In this document: piece by piece, positions 20,824 to 30,001 of the stretch
Layout of the letters: each line of letters starts with the position of its first letter
Position numbering within the stretch: position 1 is the stretch's first letter
DNA from: Chloroflexota bacterium
GTDB taxonomy: Bacteria > Chloroflexota > UBA11872 > VXOZ01
Reading direction: 5' to 3'
Assembly (NCBI GenBank): GCA_964291655.2
Contig: OZ219801.1
Location: forward strand, 608,001 to 672,000
DNA length: 64,000 nt
The notes under the pieces: generated by a model
Database searches by the model: none
Told to the model about the DNA's origin: nothing
The model's input: only the letters and a program-made list of their open reading frames with translations
Program-made: the position numbers and the translations under genes

Positions 20824-21012
20824 TCCCTTTCCCGCCAAACTCACTCATCCCATTTTCAAGCTGAACCCACTCCTCCCACTTTCACCCCAAACTCACTCCT
20901 CCCATTTTCAAGCTGAACCCACTCCTCCTGTTTTCCGCTGAACTCGCTCTTCCCGCTTTCACGCTGAACCCACTCCTCCCGTTCGTGCTGAGCTTGTCGA
21001 AGTATGAACGGG
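20824..21012. repeat. ~26-bp pyrimidine-rich tandem repeat x6 ending in a REP-A palindrome
   Basis: TCCCATTTTCAAGCTGAACCCACTCC alternates with TCCCACTTTCACCCCAAACTCACTCC, then CCGTTCGTGCTGAGCTTGTCGAAGTATGAACGG. Confidence 0.85.
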
Positions 21013-21165
21013 AGCATGCAAGATCGGCACCGGTCTCTCGAGCTTAAACCCACACAGGGGATTCCCTACACTGCTTGGCCGAATTTTCAACTCTTCTTCC
21101 CAACTGCGGTGACCAATGCCTTATGCGCACCGACCAAGGCGAAGTGGCTGGAAATGTGAGGATTC

Positions 21166-21197
21166 CCCTCACCCCGGTCCTCTCCCCAAGGAGAGGG
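21166..21197. repeat. REP-like family D (CCCCTCACCC..CCCTCTCCC..GGAGAGGG)
   Basis: Related copies near 29875 (reverse), 33352, 55583 and 57085. Confidence 0.8.
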
Positions 21198-21235
21198 AGG
21201 CTTTTCGCTTTCAGCCAGGGACAAAAGAAGGGGGG

Positions 21236-21331
21236 CTCTTCGCCTGCCGCCCGAGACATATTTAAGAGAGACTCCTCGCCTGCGGCTCGTGACATATAGG
21301 GGAGGCTTCTTGCCTGCGGCCCGGGACGTAG
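21236..21331. repeat. Three degenerate direct repeats, period 34-36 bp
   Basis: CTCTTCGCCTGCCGCCCGAGACATAT / CTCCTCGCCTGCGGCTCGTGACATAT / CTTCTTGCCTGCGGCCCGGGACGTAG. Confidence 0.7.
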
Positions 21332-21461
21332 AGTGGTCACATTGAAAGAGAAGATAAGGATGGTCGAACGCAACTCTCTAGACCTCCCCATACCACGTTC
21401 CATAGGGACGCAGGGCTCTGAACTTCCGGTTCAAGACTGTACACACCATTGCGCGATGCTG

Positions 21462-22025
21462 TTAGTCTCCGCGGAGTGTGGGGTTGACGCCCAGTTCTTC
21501 GATCGTAAAGACATGCTGGTATGCGTACCCAGCCGCCGCTATTTCCACCGCGCCGCCCTGAAGTCGATCGACCAGAGTCCAGATGCCAGTAACACACGCA
21601 CCCGCGTCCTTCACCGCCTCCGCAGCACGCAACACCGAACCGCCCGTTGTCACCGTATCCTCTAGAATCGCCACGCGCATTCCGGGCTGCAGAGGCCCTT
21701 CCACTTGTTTGCCGGTGCCGTGCTCCTTGGCGCGACTGCGCACAATGAGCGCCGGGATTGACGTGCCAGCGGTAAAGCTGGCAACTGCAACGGCCGTCAC
21801 CACGGGGTCCGCAGCCACCGACATACCAGCCACAGCATCCGGCAAAGGTTCGCCCAGCGCCTTGAGCATCACGCGACCTGTCAGGAAAGCTCCCTCAGCC
21901 GACAACGTAACGAGGCGGCAATCAATGTAGTAGCTCGCCCGCTGACCGGAGCTCAAGATGAAGTCACCTTCTTTGATCGCTTCCTTCTGCAATAACTCAC
22001 GCAACCGCTCTCGTTCAACATCCAC
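21462..22025 (-). CDS. pyrE: Orotate phosphoribosyltransferase
   Basis: GDFILSSG..SYYIDCR, KEHGTGKQVEG, ILEDTVTTGGS, LVDR. GTG start after AAGGAAGGGA. Confidence 0.95.
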   Translation of the reverse strand: MDVERERLRELLQKEAIKEGDFILSSGQRASYYIDCRLVTLSAEGAFLTGRVMLKALGEPLPDAVAGMSVAADPVVTAVAVASFTAGTSIPALIVRSRAKEHGTGKQVEGPLQPGMRVAILEDTVTTGGSVLRAAEAVKDAGACVTGIWTLVDRLQGGAVEIAAAGYAYQHVFTIEELGVNPTLRGD

Positions 22026-22226
22026 GGAGATTCCCTTCCTTAGCAAGATCCTGTAACACACTTGATTTTAGCCAGCCGAAGTTGCTCTGACCAGAGCTAT
22101 GGCACTACGGTCGCAGTTACGTTCTGCAACGAGACTGCAGGCTGAAAATCAGTTACTAACCTACGTCGATCTACCCAGCAAACTGTAGCAGACTACAGTT
22201 GGATCACTTGAACGCCGGAGGCACGG

Positions 22227-22256
22227 TTGACACATCCAGACTCACCCACGGACAAT
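22227..22256 (+). promoter_or_regulatory. Putative sigma70 promoter of the HAD-recQ-Nudix run
   Basis: TTGACA followed about 17 bp later by GACAAT. Confidence 0.5.
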
Positions 22257-22317
22257 AATAGCTATCCACGAAACTGAACCACATAGCCTATACTTGGCTC
22301 TCGCTCCGCAAGAAACT

Positions 22318-23028
22318 ATGGGACAGAACACGCTCAAGGGCATTTTCTTCGATCTAGGCGGCACCCTGGCGACGGCATATCCTTCGGTAACGGAACACAT
22401 TTCTCAGACCCTCGCCGATCTTGGACATCCCATTCCGCATCGCGAGATTGCGAGCGCGGCCGCAATAGTCTCACCGGATTTCGATGACCCCGGCAATCGA
22501 GGGTGGTCGCTATCGCATGAGCGCTCGTACGCCTTTTGGATTGGCTACTACACTGAACTCTTACAAGAACTCAAGATCTCACCTACTGAACGCGCTACTT
22601 ATGCCTTGCACATCTATAACAGACTGAGCAGACCGCAGGGTTACGCGCTCTATCCTGACGCAATTCCGGTGCTAGAGCAATTGGCGGGAGCGGGATACAC
22701 GTTAGGGCTGATTTCCAATTGGGAAGCCTGGGGCATGGAGCTAATTCCGTACCTGGGCATAAGTCGGTATTTCCCCACGCAAGTGCTTTCGGGCTGCGTC
22801 GGCCTTGAAAAGCCGGATACGGCCATCTTTACGCTCGCGCTTGCAGAGGCCAATATCGCGCCCGAACACGTACTCTACGTCGGCGACAGTGTGCGGTTCG
22901 ACATCGAGCCGGCCCTGGCGATCGGTATGCGCGCTGTCCTGATCGACCGCCATGCCGAACGCAGCGACCACGGCGCCTCGACCATCCGGTCCCTCCGCGA
23001 GCTCTCTAGTCATGAATACATGCGATGA
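22318..23028 (+). CDS. HAD-superfamily hydrolase (subfamily IA)
   Basis: FFDLGGTL, LISNW, EKPD..IF, VGDS...DI. Confidence 0.92.
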   Translation: MGQNTLKGIFFDLGGTLATAYPSVTEHISQTLADLGHPIPHREIASAAAIVSPDFDDPGNRGWSLSHERSYAFWIGYYTELLQELKISPTERATYALHIYNRLSRPQGYALYPDAIPVLEQLAGAGYTLGLISNWEAWGMELIPYLGISRYFPTQVLSGCVGLEKPDTAIFTLALAEANIAPEHVLYVGDSVRFDIEPALAIGMRAVLIDRHAERSDHGASTIRSLRELSSHEYMR

Positions 23029-23076
23029 ATGTAGGCAGACGCTCGCACCGCTGGCTGAAGGGAAGGGGGTACATCA

Positions 23077-25473
23077 ATGGCACGTGAAAGCATCGATCCT
23101 GAGCTCGCAAACGATCTTGGAACTCTGCTGGCAGCAAAATTCGGGCACAAGAGTTTTCTGCCTCTCCAGGAAGACGTCATCAAGCATGTCTTGCATGGTC
23201 ACGATTCTCTAGCATTGATGCCCACAGGCAGCGGTAAGTCATTGTGCTACCAATTGCCCGCGCTCTGTCTCGAAGGCTTAACGTTAGTCGTATCCCCGCT
23301 CATTGCGCTGATGAAAGACCAAGTTGATGCCCTGAAGAGCCGCGGCATTGCCGCCGACTTTATCAACAGCACCATGAGCGCCGCGCAAGCGCGGCGCGTG
23401 CAAGTGGACGCCTACAGGGGCCGCCTCGACATCCTGTACGTTGCTCCCGAGCGCTTGGCCATGCCGCAGTTTCGGGACTTTCTTCACGCTGTGAAACTCG
23501 CACTGATCGCCATAGATGAGGCGCACTGCATCTCCGAGTGGGGTCACGATTTCCGGCCCGATTACCGCACGCTGCAAGTGCTGCGGGATAACTTCCCTAG
23601 GGTGCCGGTGATCGCGCTCACAGCCACCGCGACGGAACGCGTGCGGCAGGACATCCTCGACCAACTACGTATGCCCGACGCCGCCCGATTCGTCGCCAGC
23701 TTCAACCGGCCCAACCTGACGTATGACGTCAGACCCAAGCGGCGGAGCTTTCCAGCGCTTGTAAAATTGCTGGACGAGCATCGCAGCGGCGCCGCCATCG
23801 TCTATCGCTTCTCCCGGCAGAATACGGAGAGCCTTGCCGCCGAGCTATGCAGTCACGGCTTTAATGCGCTGCCTTATCATGCCGGCTTGGATGACACGGT
23901 GCGCCGGGAGACCCAAGAGCGGTTCCTGGGAGATGACGTCCCGATCATTGTGGCGACAATCGCGTTCGGCATGGGCGTGGACAAGCCGAACGTGCGGTTG
24001 GTTGCACACTATGACCTGCCAAAGACCATCGAGGGGTACTACCAGGAAACCGGACGCGCCGGGCGCGACGGACAGCCAAGCGCATGCGTGCTCTTCTACT
24101 CGTACGGCGACAAGATCAACCAAGATTACTTCATTAACCAGATAGAGGATGACGCAGAACGGGAGCATGCCGCAGAAAAACTTGCCAGGATGGTAGCCTA
24201 CGGCGAAGCGAAGACCTGCCGGAGGGCATTCCTGCTGGACTACTTTGGGGAAGAGTGGCGGGAAGAGAATTGCGGTGGCTGCGACGTCTGCCTTGCCAAG
24301 ACGCGGCAAGTGGAAGCCGCACACACATTTGACGGCACTCAAATCGCGCAAAAGGTGCTGTCGGCAGTCATTCGAACAGGTGAGAGATTCGGAATGAATC
24401 ACGTCGTTGACGTCCTGCGCGGCAGCCGCTCGCGTCGGGTTCTGCAATTCCACCACGACACGCTGCCGGTCCACGGCATCGCACGGGACATGACCAAGGA
24501 AGAGTTGCAGGACATCGTCGACCAGCTCACCGAAAAAGGCCTCATCGCGCGCAGCTCGACCAGCAGCTACCCAACGCTTTACGTAACCTCAGAAGGAAGG
24601 GCCCTCCTCAAGAACCGAGAGTCTGTGACGCTCATTGGACTTCCTCCACCGAACCAATCTGCGGAGCAGCAACCCGACAAGGCCTTATTCGAAAAGCTAC
24701 GCGCCCTGCGCGCGGAATTGGCCGCTGAGTTAGCCGTGCCAGCCTACGTAGTCTTCCCCGATGTAACGCTGCGGCAGATGGCAACATATATCCCAACCGA
24801 CCGTGCGGCGCTGCTCCAGATCAAGGGTGTTGGTGAAGACAAACTGCGCCAGTTCGGTGATCGGTTCATCGTCGAAATCCGTCAACACGTAGAGGAGTGT
24901 GGCGGCGCCAATCCGCCTCCTGCCTCAGCGGGGATCACGCCCGCGAGGGCCAATTCAGACTCAGAGGAAGTCCGACATTCTCATCCCCGTGCATACGAGA
25001 AGTGGACATACGAAGAAGACGAACGGCTCACCGCTCTCTACAAAGCGGGACGCTCAACTGATGAAATTGCCTCAGAATTGGGCCGTCGACCCTCCGCCGT
25101 AGTTTCGCGGCTACGACAATCCGGCACTGCATCTGAACGCCGCGTGCACCTAAACGAAACCGAGAAGCACACTTTGCAGCTGGCACGCGCAGGACTCAAC
25201 GTCCAGGAAATCGCCGCACGGCGCGAATTGTCGCCCGGCACAGTGATTGCGCATCTAGAGCGCATCGCCGAGACGAATGAATCCCTCGACATCACACACA
25301 TGCTCCCCCCGCCCGACCGTTGCCAGCACATTGCAGACTCCTTCCGCCAGGCAGACAGCGATTATCGCCTAGCGCCGGTAAAAGAAAGACTCGGTGACGA
25401 CTATTCGTATGAGGAGTTAAGGTTGGTGCGAATGCACCTGCGCCAGCTTAAAACGACGAGAGAGCGTCCATAG
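23077..25473 (+). CDS. recQ: ATP-dependent DNA helicase RecQ with extra C-terminal HTH domains
   Basis: PTGSGKSLCYQLP, DEAHCISEWGHDFRP, QETGRAGRDG, Zn CRR..C..CDVC, RQC, HRDC (PAYVVFPD), C-terminal HTH. Confidence 0.97.
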   Translation: MARESIDPELANDLGTLLAAKFGHKSFLPLQEDVIKHVLHGHDSLALMPTGSGKSLCYQLPALCLEGLTLVVSPLIALMKDQVDALKSRGIAADFINSTMSAAQARRVQVDAYRGRLDILYVAPERLAMPQFRDFLHAVKLALIAIDEAHCISEWGHDFRPDYRTLQVLRDNFPRVPVIALTATATERVRQDILDQLRMPDAARFVASFNRPNLTYDVRPKRRSFPALVKLLDEHRSGAAIVYRFSRQNTESLAAELCSHGFNALPYHAGLDDTVRRETQERFLGDDVPIIVATIAFGMGVDKPNVRLVAHYDLPKTIEGYYQETGRAGRDGQPSACVLFYSYGDKINQDYFINQIEDDAEREHAAEKLARMVAYGEAKTCRRAFLLDYFGEEWREENCGGCDVCLAKTRQVEAAHTFDGTQIAQKVLSAVIRTGERFGMNHVVDVLRGSRSRRVLQFHHDTLPVHGIARDMTKEELQDIVDQLTEKGLIARSSTSSYPTLYVTSEGRALLKNRESVTLIGLPPPNQSAEQQPDKALFEKLRALRAELAAELAVPAYVVFPDVTLRQMATYIPTDRAALLQIKGVGEDKLRQFGDRFIVEIRQHVEECGGANPPPASAGITPARANSDSEEVRHSHPRAYEKWTYEEDERLTALYKAGRSTDEIASELGRRPSAVVSRLRQSGTASERRVHLNETEKHTLQLARAGLNVQEIAARRELSPGTVIAHLERIAETNESLDITHMLPPPDRCQHIADSFRQADSDYRLAPVKERLGDDYSYEELRLVRMHLRQLKTTRERP

Positions 25474-25503
25474 TGTGTAGCCCCTTTGGAAGTAGGAAAA
25501 ATC

Positions 25504-26079
25504 GTGGGTAACAGTCCAGGCGAAGACTCCGACCCGCCGCTGGGTTGGAAGGTAATTGAATCGAGAGTGGCCTACAGTGGACGCTTCCCGGTGCGGGAAG
25601 ACGTGCTAGAAGCGGAACTTGACGGCAGGCGCATGCTCTACACGTACCTGGACATTCGCCGCGATGCGGTTGCCGTCTTGGCGCTTACCGACGCTGGCGA
25701 AGCCGTGCTGGTGCGGCAATACCGCCACCCGTTGCGCAGCACCACGCTCGAGGTGCCTGCAGGCGCGCTAGATCCCGGTGAAGACCCCCCATCCGGCGCA
25801 CTGCGAGAATTGGAGGAGGAGACGGGATACCGGGCAAGAGACATTAGACCGTTAGGTCTGTATCATCCCAGCGCACCCTTGCTGCCGCTCACGATGCGTC
25901 TTTACTTCGCAACCGAACTTGACTATCATGCACCAAAGCGTGATGAGTTCGAGATCATGCAGGTTGAGCTCGTGCCCGCAAGGGAACTCTTGCAGCAAGT
26001 TCTCGACGGCAAACGCCCGGAGGCAGCACTGACGGTGAGCGTCTTATGCGCCGCCCAACGCGGCTGGCTGCCAACGTGA
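25504..26079 (+). CDS. Nudix hydrolase (ADP-ribose pyrophosphatase-like)
   Basis: VRQYRHP, EVPAG..DPGE....A.RELEEETGY Nudix box. Start GTG 25504 or TTG 25486. Confidence 0.92.
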   Translation: MGNSPGEDSDPPLGWKVIESRVAYSGRFPVREDVLEAELDGRRMLYTYLDIRRDAVAVLALTDAGEAVLVRQYRHPLRSTTLEVPAGALDPGEDPPSGALRELEEETGYRARDIRPLGLYHPSAPLLPLTMRLYFATELDYHAPKRDEFEIMQVELVPARELLQQVLDGKRPEAALTVSVLCAAQRGWLPT

Positions 26080-26143
26080 CGTTTGCTGGCACGTACCAGT
26101 TTTTCCGGCGAAGTCCGGAATCCAGGCCAAGAAGAAACTAACT

Positions 26144-27040
26144 ATGCGCAATGACACTGTAATCCTCGTGGGCGCGGACAATCTCGCTGAACGTGTGGAA
26201 GCGTACAAACGACTGCTGCCGCCGGATGCTATAGCGATTCTCAAGCCCGATAGCACCAGCGACAGTCGGAATACGTTTCTCGGCGTTCCCGTTGCACATG
26301 AGTGGCCGAGCCATAGCGAGGGGCTCGCGGACATTGCCGGTGACGTCACCTCAAGAGCCATAAACTTGCGCCGCGCCTTGGAAAGCGGCAGGCAGGCAAT
26401 CATCCATCCGCCTTTTGGCGACTCATATACGAATGCAGAGGCTATTCTCGCAGCAGCCGGCGGCTCCGTACGCGTCGCACTGCCGGTTCACTTTACTCAC
26501 AAGTACGAGACCGCCGCTCAGTCTGCGAAATCGGGAATCGGCGACATCATCACCGTGCGCGCCATCCGTGTATTTCCCCCTACCCAGGTGTGGCAGCAGA
26601 GCCTTTTTCACCTCATGGAATCACTCGTATTGTTGGGAGGCCCCTTGCAGAGAATCTATGCAAGAGCAGCTGCGCTGAAGTCAGCAAACACCGACACCGT
26701 ATTCTGCAACGGCCGTTATGCAAACCGTGCCATTCTTTACGGCGAGATGAGCGCCGCCTACCCCAGCAGCTACAGCAAAGAAGTAATCGAAGTCACCGGA
26801 CGCGATGGCATGGTGGAATACGACTCCAATGCCCGTAGCTTCTGGATGGCGTCCGAGGGCGGAGTGTCGCTCACGGAGGCGTACCACCGCACGCCATATG
26901 AGAAAATGGCCGCCGCCTACGTGCAGTCATGGGAAGCAGAAGAAGCGGAGCTCTCAAACCTTCCTGATGCCTTGCCTGTGCTGCGCACTTTCTGGGCAGC
27001 CATGGAGAGCATTGATAGAAATGAAGCGGTGACGATATGA
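26144..27040 (+). CDS. Divergent Gfo/Idh/MocA-like protein
   Basis: C-terminal half resembles Gfo (GIGDIITVRA, IEVTGRDG.VEYD). Rossmann and EKP motifs eroded (IIHPP). Confidence 0.7.
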   Translation: MRNDTVILVGADNLAERVEAYKRLLPPDAIAILKPDSTSDSRNTFLGVPVAHEWPSHSEGLADIAGDVTSRAINLRRALESGRQAIIHPPFGDSYTNAEAILAAAGGSVRVALPVHFTHKYETAAQSAKSGIGDIITVRAIRVFPPTQVWQQSLFHLMESLVLLGGPLQRIYARAAALKSANTDTVFCNGRYANRAILYGEMSAAYPSSYSKEVIEVTGRDGMVEYDSNARSFWMASEGGVSLTEAYHRTPYEKMAAAYVQSWEAEEAELSNLPDALPVLRTFWAAMESIDRNEAVTI

Positions 27041-28077
27041 GTGCAACGCGCGCGTTGAATATTGGCGTCATTTCGTTCGACCACGGCCATCAGAACGGGT
27101 ACGTCTCTGCCATGCTCGAACTACCTTCGGCAAATCTCGTTGCCGCAGCCGATGCCGTGCCGGAACAACTCAATAGCATGCATGCTATGCTTGCCGCCCA
27201 TCCGGCAGCGCCGGATGTAAGAGTCTTTTCCGATTATCACGAACTCTTGGAGCTTGACGAGGTGGAAGCAGTCTCGATCTGCTCTGCCAACGCCGACCAC
27301 GCGCAGATGACTATCGACGCAGCGCAAGCCGGCAAGCACGTCCTCTGCGAGAAGCCGCTCTGCATCACGCTGGAAGAAGCAGACGCGATGATTGCCGCCT
27401 GCCGCGATGCCGGTGTGCACTTGGCCACCGCCTATCCCTGTCGCTTTGCGCCCGTCGCGTGGCAGGCCAAGCAGCGCGTGGATAACGGGGAGATTGGCGA
27501 CATCCTCGCCATGCACGGCACGAACCATCTCAGGCCGTTTACAGAAGGGTGGTTCATCGATCCGCAACGCTCCGGCGGCGGCACGATTCGCGACCATATC
27601 GTACACGTCACCGACCTGATGCGGTGGTTTACGGGTAGAGAAATTGTGGAGGTGTACGCCGAGGGAGACACGCTGAAGCGGCCGCACATTGCCGTGGATG
27701 ACGTCGCAATCCTCGTCGAGACGTTTGAAGGCGGTATTCTGGCCTCCACCGACCCCTCATGGAATCGACCGGAAAACTGGTCCAAGTGGGGCAACGTCTA
27801 TCTTCGCCTGCTCGGAACCAGGGGTATGATCGAAATTGAAATCACGGGACAAGCCCTGGTGCGCACTGAAGCGAAGAGTGGATCTGTCTCGTCGATTGAT
27901 ACATCAGAGTCAATGAATTACTATTTGCTTAAGGATTTTTGCGAAGCAATTATCGCTGGACGCTCTCCATTGGTCACAGGGGAAGACGGTCGCGCCGGGG
28001 TGGAAGCCATCCTCGCTGCATATCAGTCCATTGAAGAAGGACGGCCGATTCGTATTGGCTCACGCCAATGCGGCTGA
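27037..28077 (+). CDS. Gfo/Idh/MocA oxidoreductase
   Basis: AGKHVLCEKP, GGGTIRDHIVH; ATGA overlap with the upstream gene. Confidence 0.93.
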   Translation: MSATRALNIGVISFDHGHQNGYVSAMLELPSANLVAAADAVPEQLNSMHAMLAAHPAAPDVRVFSDYHELLELDEVEAVSICSANADHAQMTIDAAQAGKHVLCEKPLCITLEEADAMIAACRDAGVHLATAYPCRFAPVAWQAKQRVDNGEIGDILAMHGTNHLRPFTEGWFIDPQRSGGGTIRDHIVHVTDLMRWFTGREIVEVYAEGDTLKRPHIAVDDVAILVETFEGGILASTDPSWNRPENWSKWGNVYLRLLGTRGMIEIEITGQALVRTEAKSGSVSSIDTSESMNYYLLKDFCEAIIAGRSPLVTGEDGRAGVEAILAAYQSIEEGRPIRIGSRQCG

Positions 28078-28182
28078 TGCTGGTGCGGCTAAGGACGGTG
28101 AGGTCTGCTGCGCGAAGGTTAGGAGACGTAGTCCTTGTGATAGAGAACCTATGAATATCGCTCCGTTGAGTGGAGGAAAGTA

Positions 28183-28563
28183 ATGCGAAGACGTCTTTTC
28201 TTGGTAGTCGCTGGCGGCACGCTTCTAAGCGCCTGTAGGCTTGGCATTGGGGAAGCGCCGCCTGAAGAAGCGCAGTTCATCCCCTTACGCATCCTCACGT
28301 ACTCCGAGATCGTTCACCGTGGGAAAGAAGCAATTCTTCACGCGGCTTCTAAAGAAGGTAGCGAGCTCACCCCTGCGCTGATGCGCGGTGAGGAGACCAT
28401 AGCCATCGAGGAGTTCACATCCAAGATGGCGGGAGATGACGGTTATGTGCGGTGGACCTGGACCGTGCCCGAAACGCTTGAGCCCGGCACGTACACCATA
28501 ATGGTGACGGCAGTGGCTGCTGAAGGCGAGATTTCGTGGACTGAAGAATTCGAGGTTAGGTAG
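28183..28563 (+). CDS. Hypothetical lipoprotein with Tat-like signal
   Basis: MRRRLFL...LLSAC lipobox; beta-rich body (GYVRWTWTVP...PGTYTI.V); GGAGG RBS. Confidence 0.75.
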   Translation: MRRRLFLVVAGGTLLSACRLGIGEAPPEEAQFIPLRILTYSEIVHRGKEAILHAASKEGSELTPALMRGEETIAIEEFTSKMAGDDGYVRWTWTVPETLEPGTYTIMVTAVAAEGEISWTEEFEVR

Positions 28564-28583
28564 CGTCGCCTAAGGGGAAGGCC

Positions 28584-29615
28584 ATGGTAGGTGACCGCCT
28601 GAATACCGCTGTTGTCGGTGTTGGACTCATTGGGGAGCAGCACGCCGATGTCTATGCCGCGTATGAACGGTCGAATCTCTCGCTTGTTTACGACGCCAAT
28701 CCCGAGCGCGCACAGGCTGTGGCAGATCGTCTGGATTGCGAGGTTGCCCCCAACTTAGAGGCGATTGCAGCCTCAGACGCGGCGCTCGTGAGCGTGGCTA
28801 CGCCAGATTTCGCCCACCGCGACGCGGTCGTGACTATGCTGGAAGCCGGCAAGCACGTGCTCGTGGAGAAACCTCTGGCCACCACCGTCGCCGACGCCGT
28901 TGCAATGGTACAAGCCGCCGAACGCAACAATCGCCTGTTCAGCGTGAGCCTTGGCAATCGCTGGGTCAACGATATTCAAGAACTCCGCGACTGCGTGCAA
29001 AGCGGCGAAATTGGCGAGCCGGTTTTTGGCTTCTCGCGCCTCTCCGACACGATATGGGTGCCCACGCAGATGCTTTCGTGGGGCAGTCAGTCCGGTCCCC
29101 ACTGGTTCCTCTTCCCTCACACCATGGACTACATGCGTTGGATCATCGGCCAAGATGCGGTAAGCGTCTATGCCCGCGGCGAAAAACGCCTGCTGCCTGA
29201 GAAAGGCGTGGATGCCTATGACTTCGTGCAGGCCATGGTGGAATTTGAAAACTGCACGATTACTTTCGAGACCTCCTGGATTGTGCCGGAAGGCTATCCC
29301 GCCATCGTCGAACAATACCTCTCCCTGTACGGGACGAAGGGCAAGGTTACACTTGATCGCTCGAATCGGGGCTTCACGCTGGATACCGAATCCCGCCAAC
29401 TCACGATACGGCCCAAGATGTGGTCGTACTTCAAGACGGACCACTCCTGGGGCAATTCCATGCGCAATATGGTGGACTGCGTGCTGGAAGGCGGCGAACC
29501 GGCAATACCGGCGCGCGACGGCCTGGCCGTAGTCGCCATGATAGAAGCTGCCGAACGCTCGATCCTCACCGGCCAGCCGGTGCGACCGGCCGACCTGATC
29601 GCGGAGCATAAATAG
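28584..29615 (+). CDS. Gfo/Idh/MocA oxidoreductase
   Basis: VVGVGLIG, AGKHVLVEKPLA. Confidence 0.93.
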   Translation: MVGDRLNTAVVGVGLIGEQHADVYAAYERSNLSLVYDANPERAQAVADRLDCEVAPNLEAIAASDAALVSVATPDFAHRDAVVTMLEAGKHVLVEKPLATTVADAVAMVQAAERNNRLFSVSLGNRWVNDIQELRDCVQSGEIGEPVFGFSRLSDTIWVPTQMLSWGSQSGPHWFLFPHTMDYMRWIIGQDAVSVYARGEKRLLPEKGVDAYDFVQAMVEFENCTITFETSWIVPEGYPAIVEQYLSLYGTKGKVTLDRSNRGFTLDTESRQLTIRPKMWSYFKTDHSWGNSMRNMVDCVLEGGEPAIPARDGLAVVAMIEAAERSILTGQPVRPADLIAEHK

Positions 29616-29725
29616 GAAAGTAACCAGCCGGCTCCCGAGAGATTGCCCCGAGATTGCGCACACTCCTTGAGGAACCCACTGCACAGTCTTGGTCAGCGTT
29701 GCACGGTCACTACCTCTCACTGGGG

Positions 29726-29873
29726 CTGACAAGGGGTATGTAAATGTCATTCCGAGCGCAGCGAGGAATCTAAAGATGCTGATTATGCGGGGATGTGCTT
29801 TAGATTCCTCACTCCGCTGCGCTCCGTTCGGAATGACATGTGAAGTCGACTATAGAATACATACCCCTGTCAG
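29726..29873. mobile_element. MITE-like element with ~16-bp terminal inverted repeats enclosing a REP-B pair
   Basis: CTGACAAGGGGTATGTA ... TACATACCCCTGTCAG flank GTCATTCCGAGCGCAGCGAGGAATCT...AGATTCCTC...CGGAATGAC; flanked by REP-D-like sequence. Confidence 0.6.
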
Positions 29874-30001
29874 ATCTCCCAGGGGAGAGGGCCGGGGTGA
29901 GGGGAAAATGCCGCAATCAAGCCGATTTTCACCGGTTTAGCATGGCTTTACAATGCCTGCCACACACCGATACCGAGGACTACTGAATGGAGAACGGGGG
30001 A

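Noticed and set aside
20535-21331. Possible CRISPR array
   Set aside because: Units are contiguous or have linkers of 10 bp or less, with no unique spacers and no cas genes.
20856-21403. Small repetitive ORFs on the minus strand
   Set aside because: By-products of tandem repeats; no RBS or domain support.
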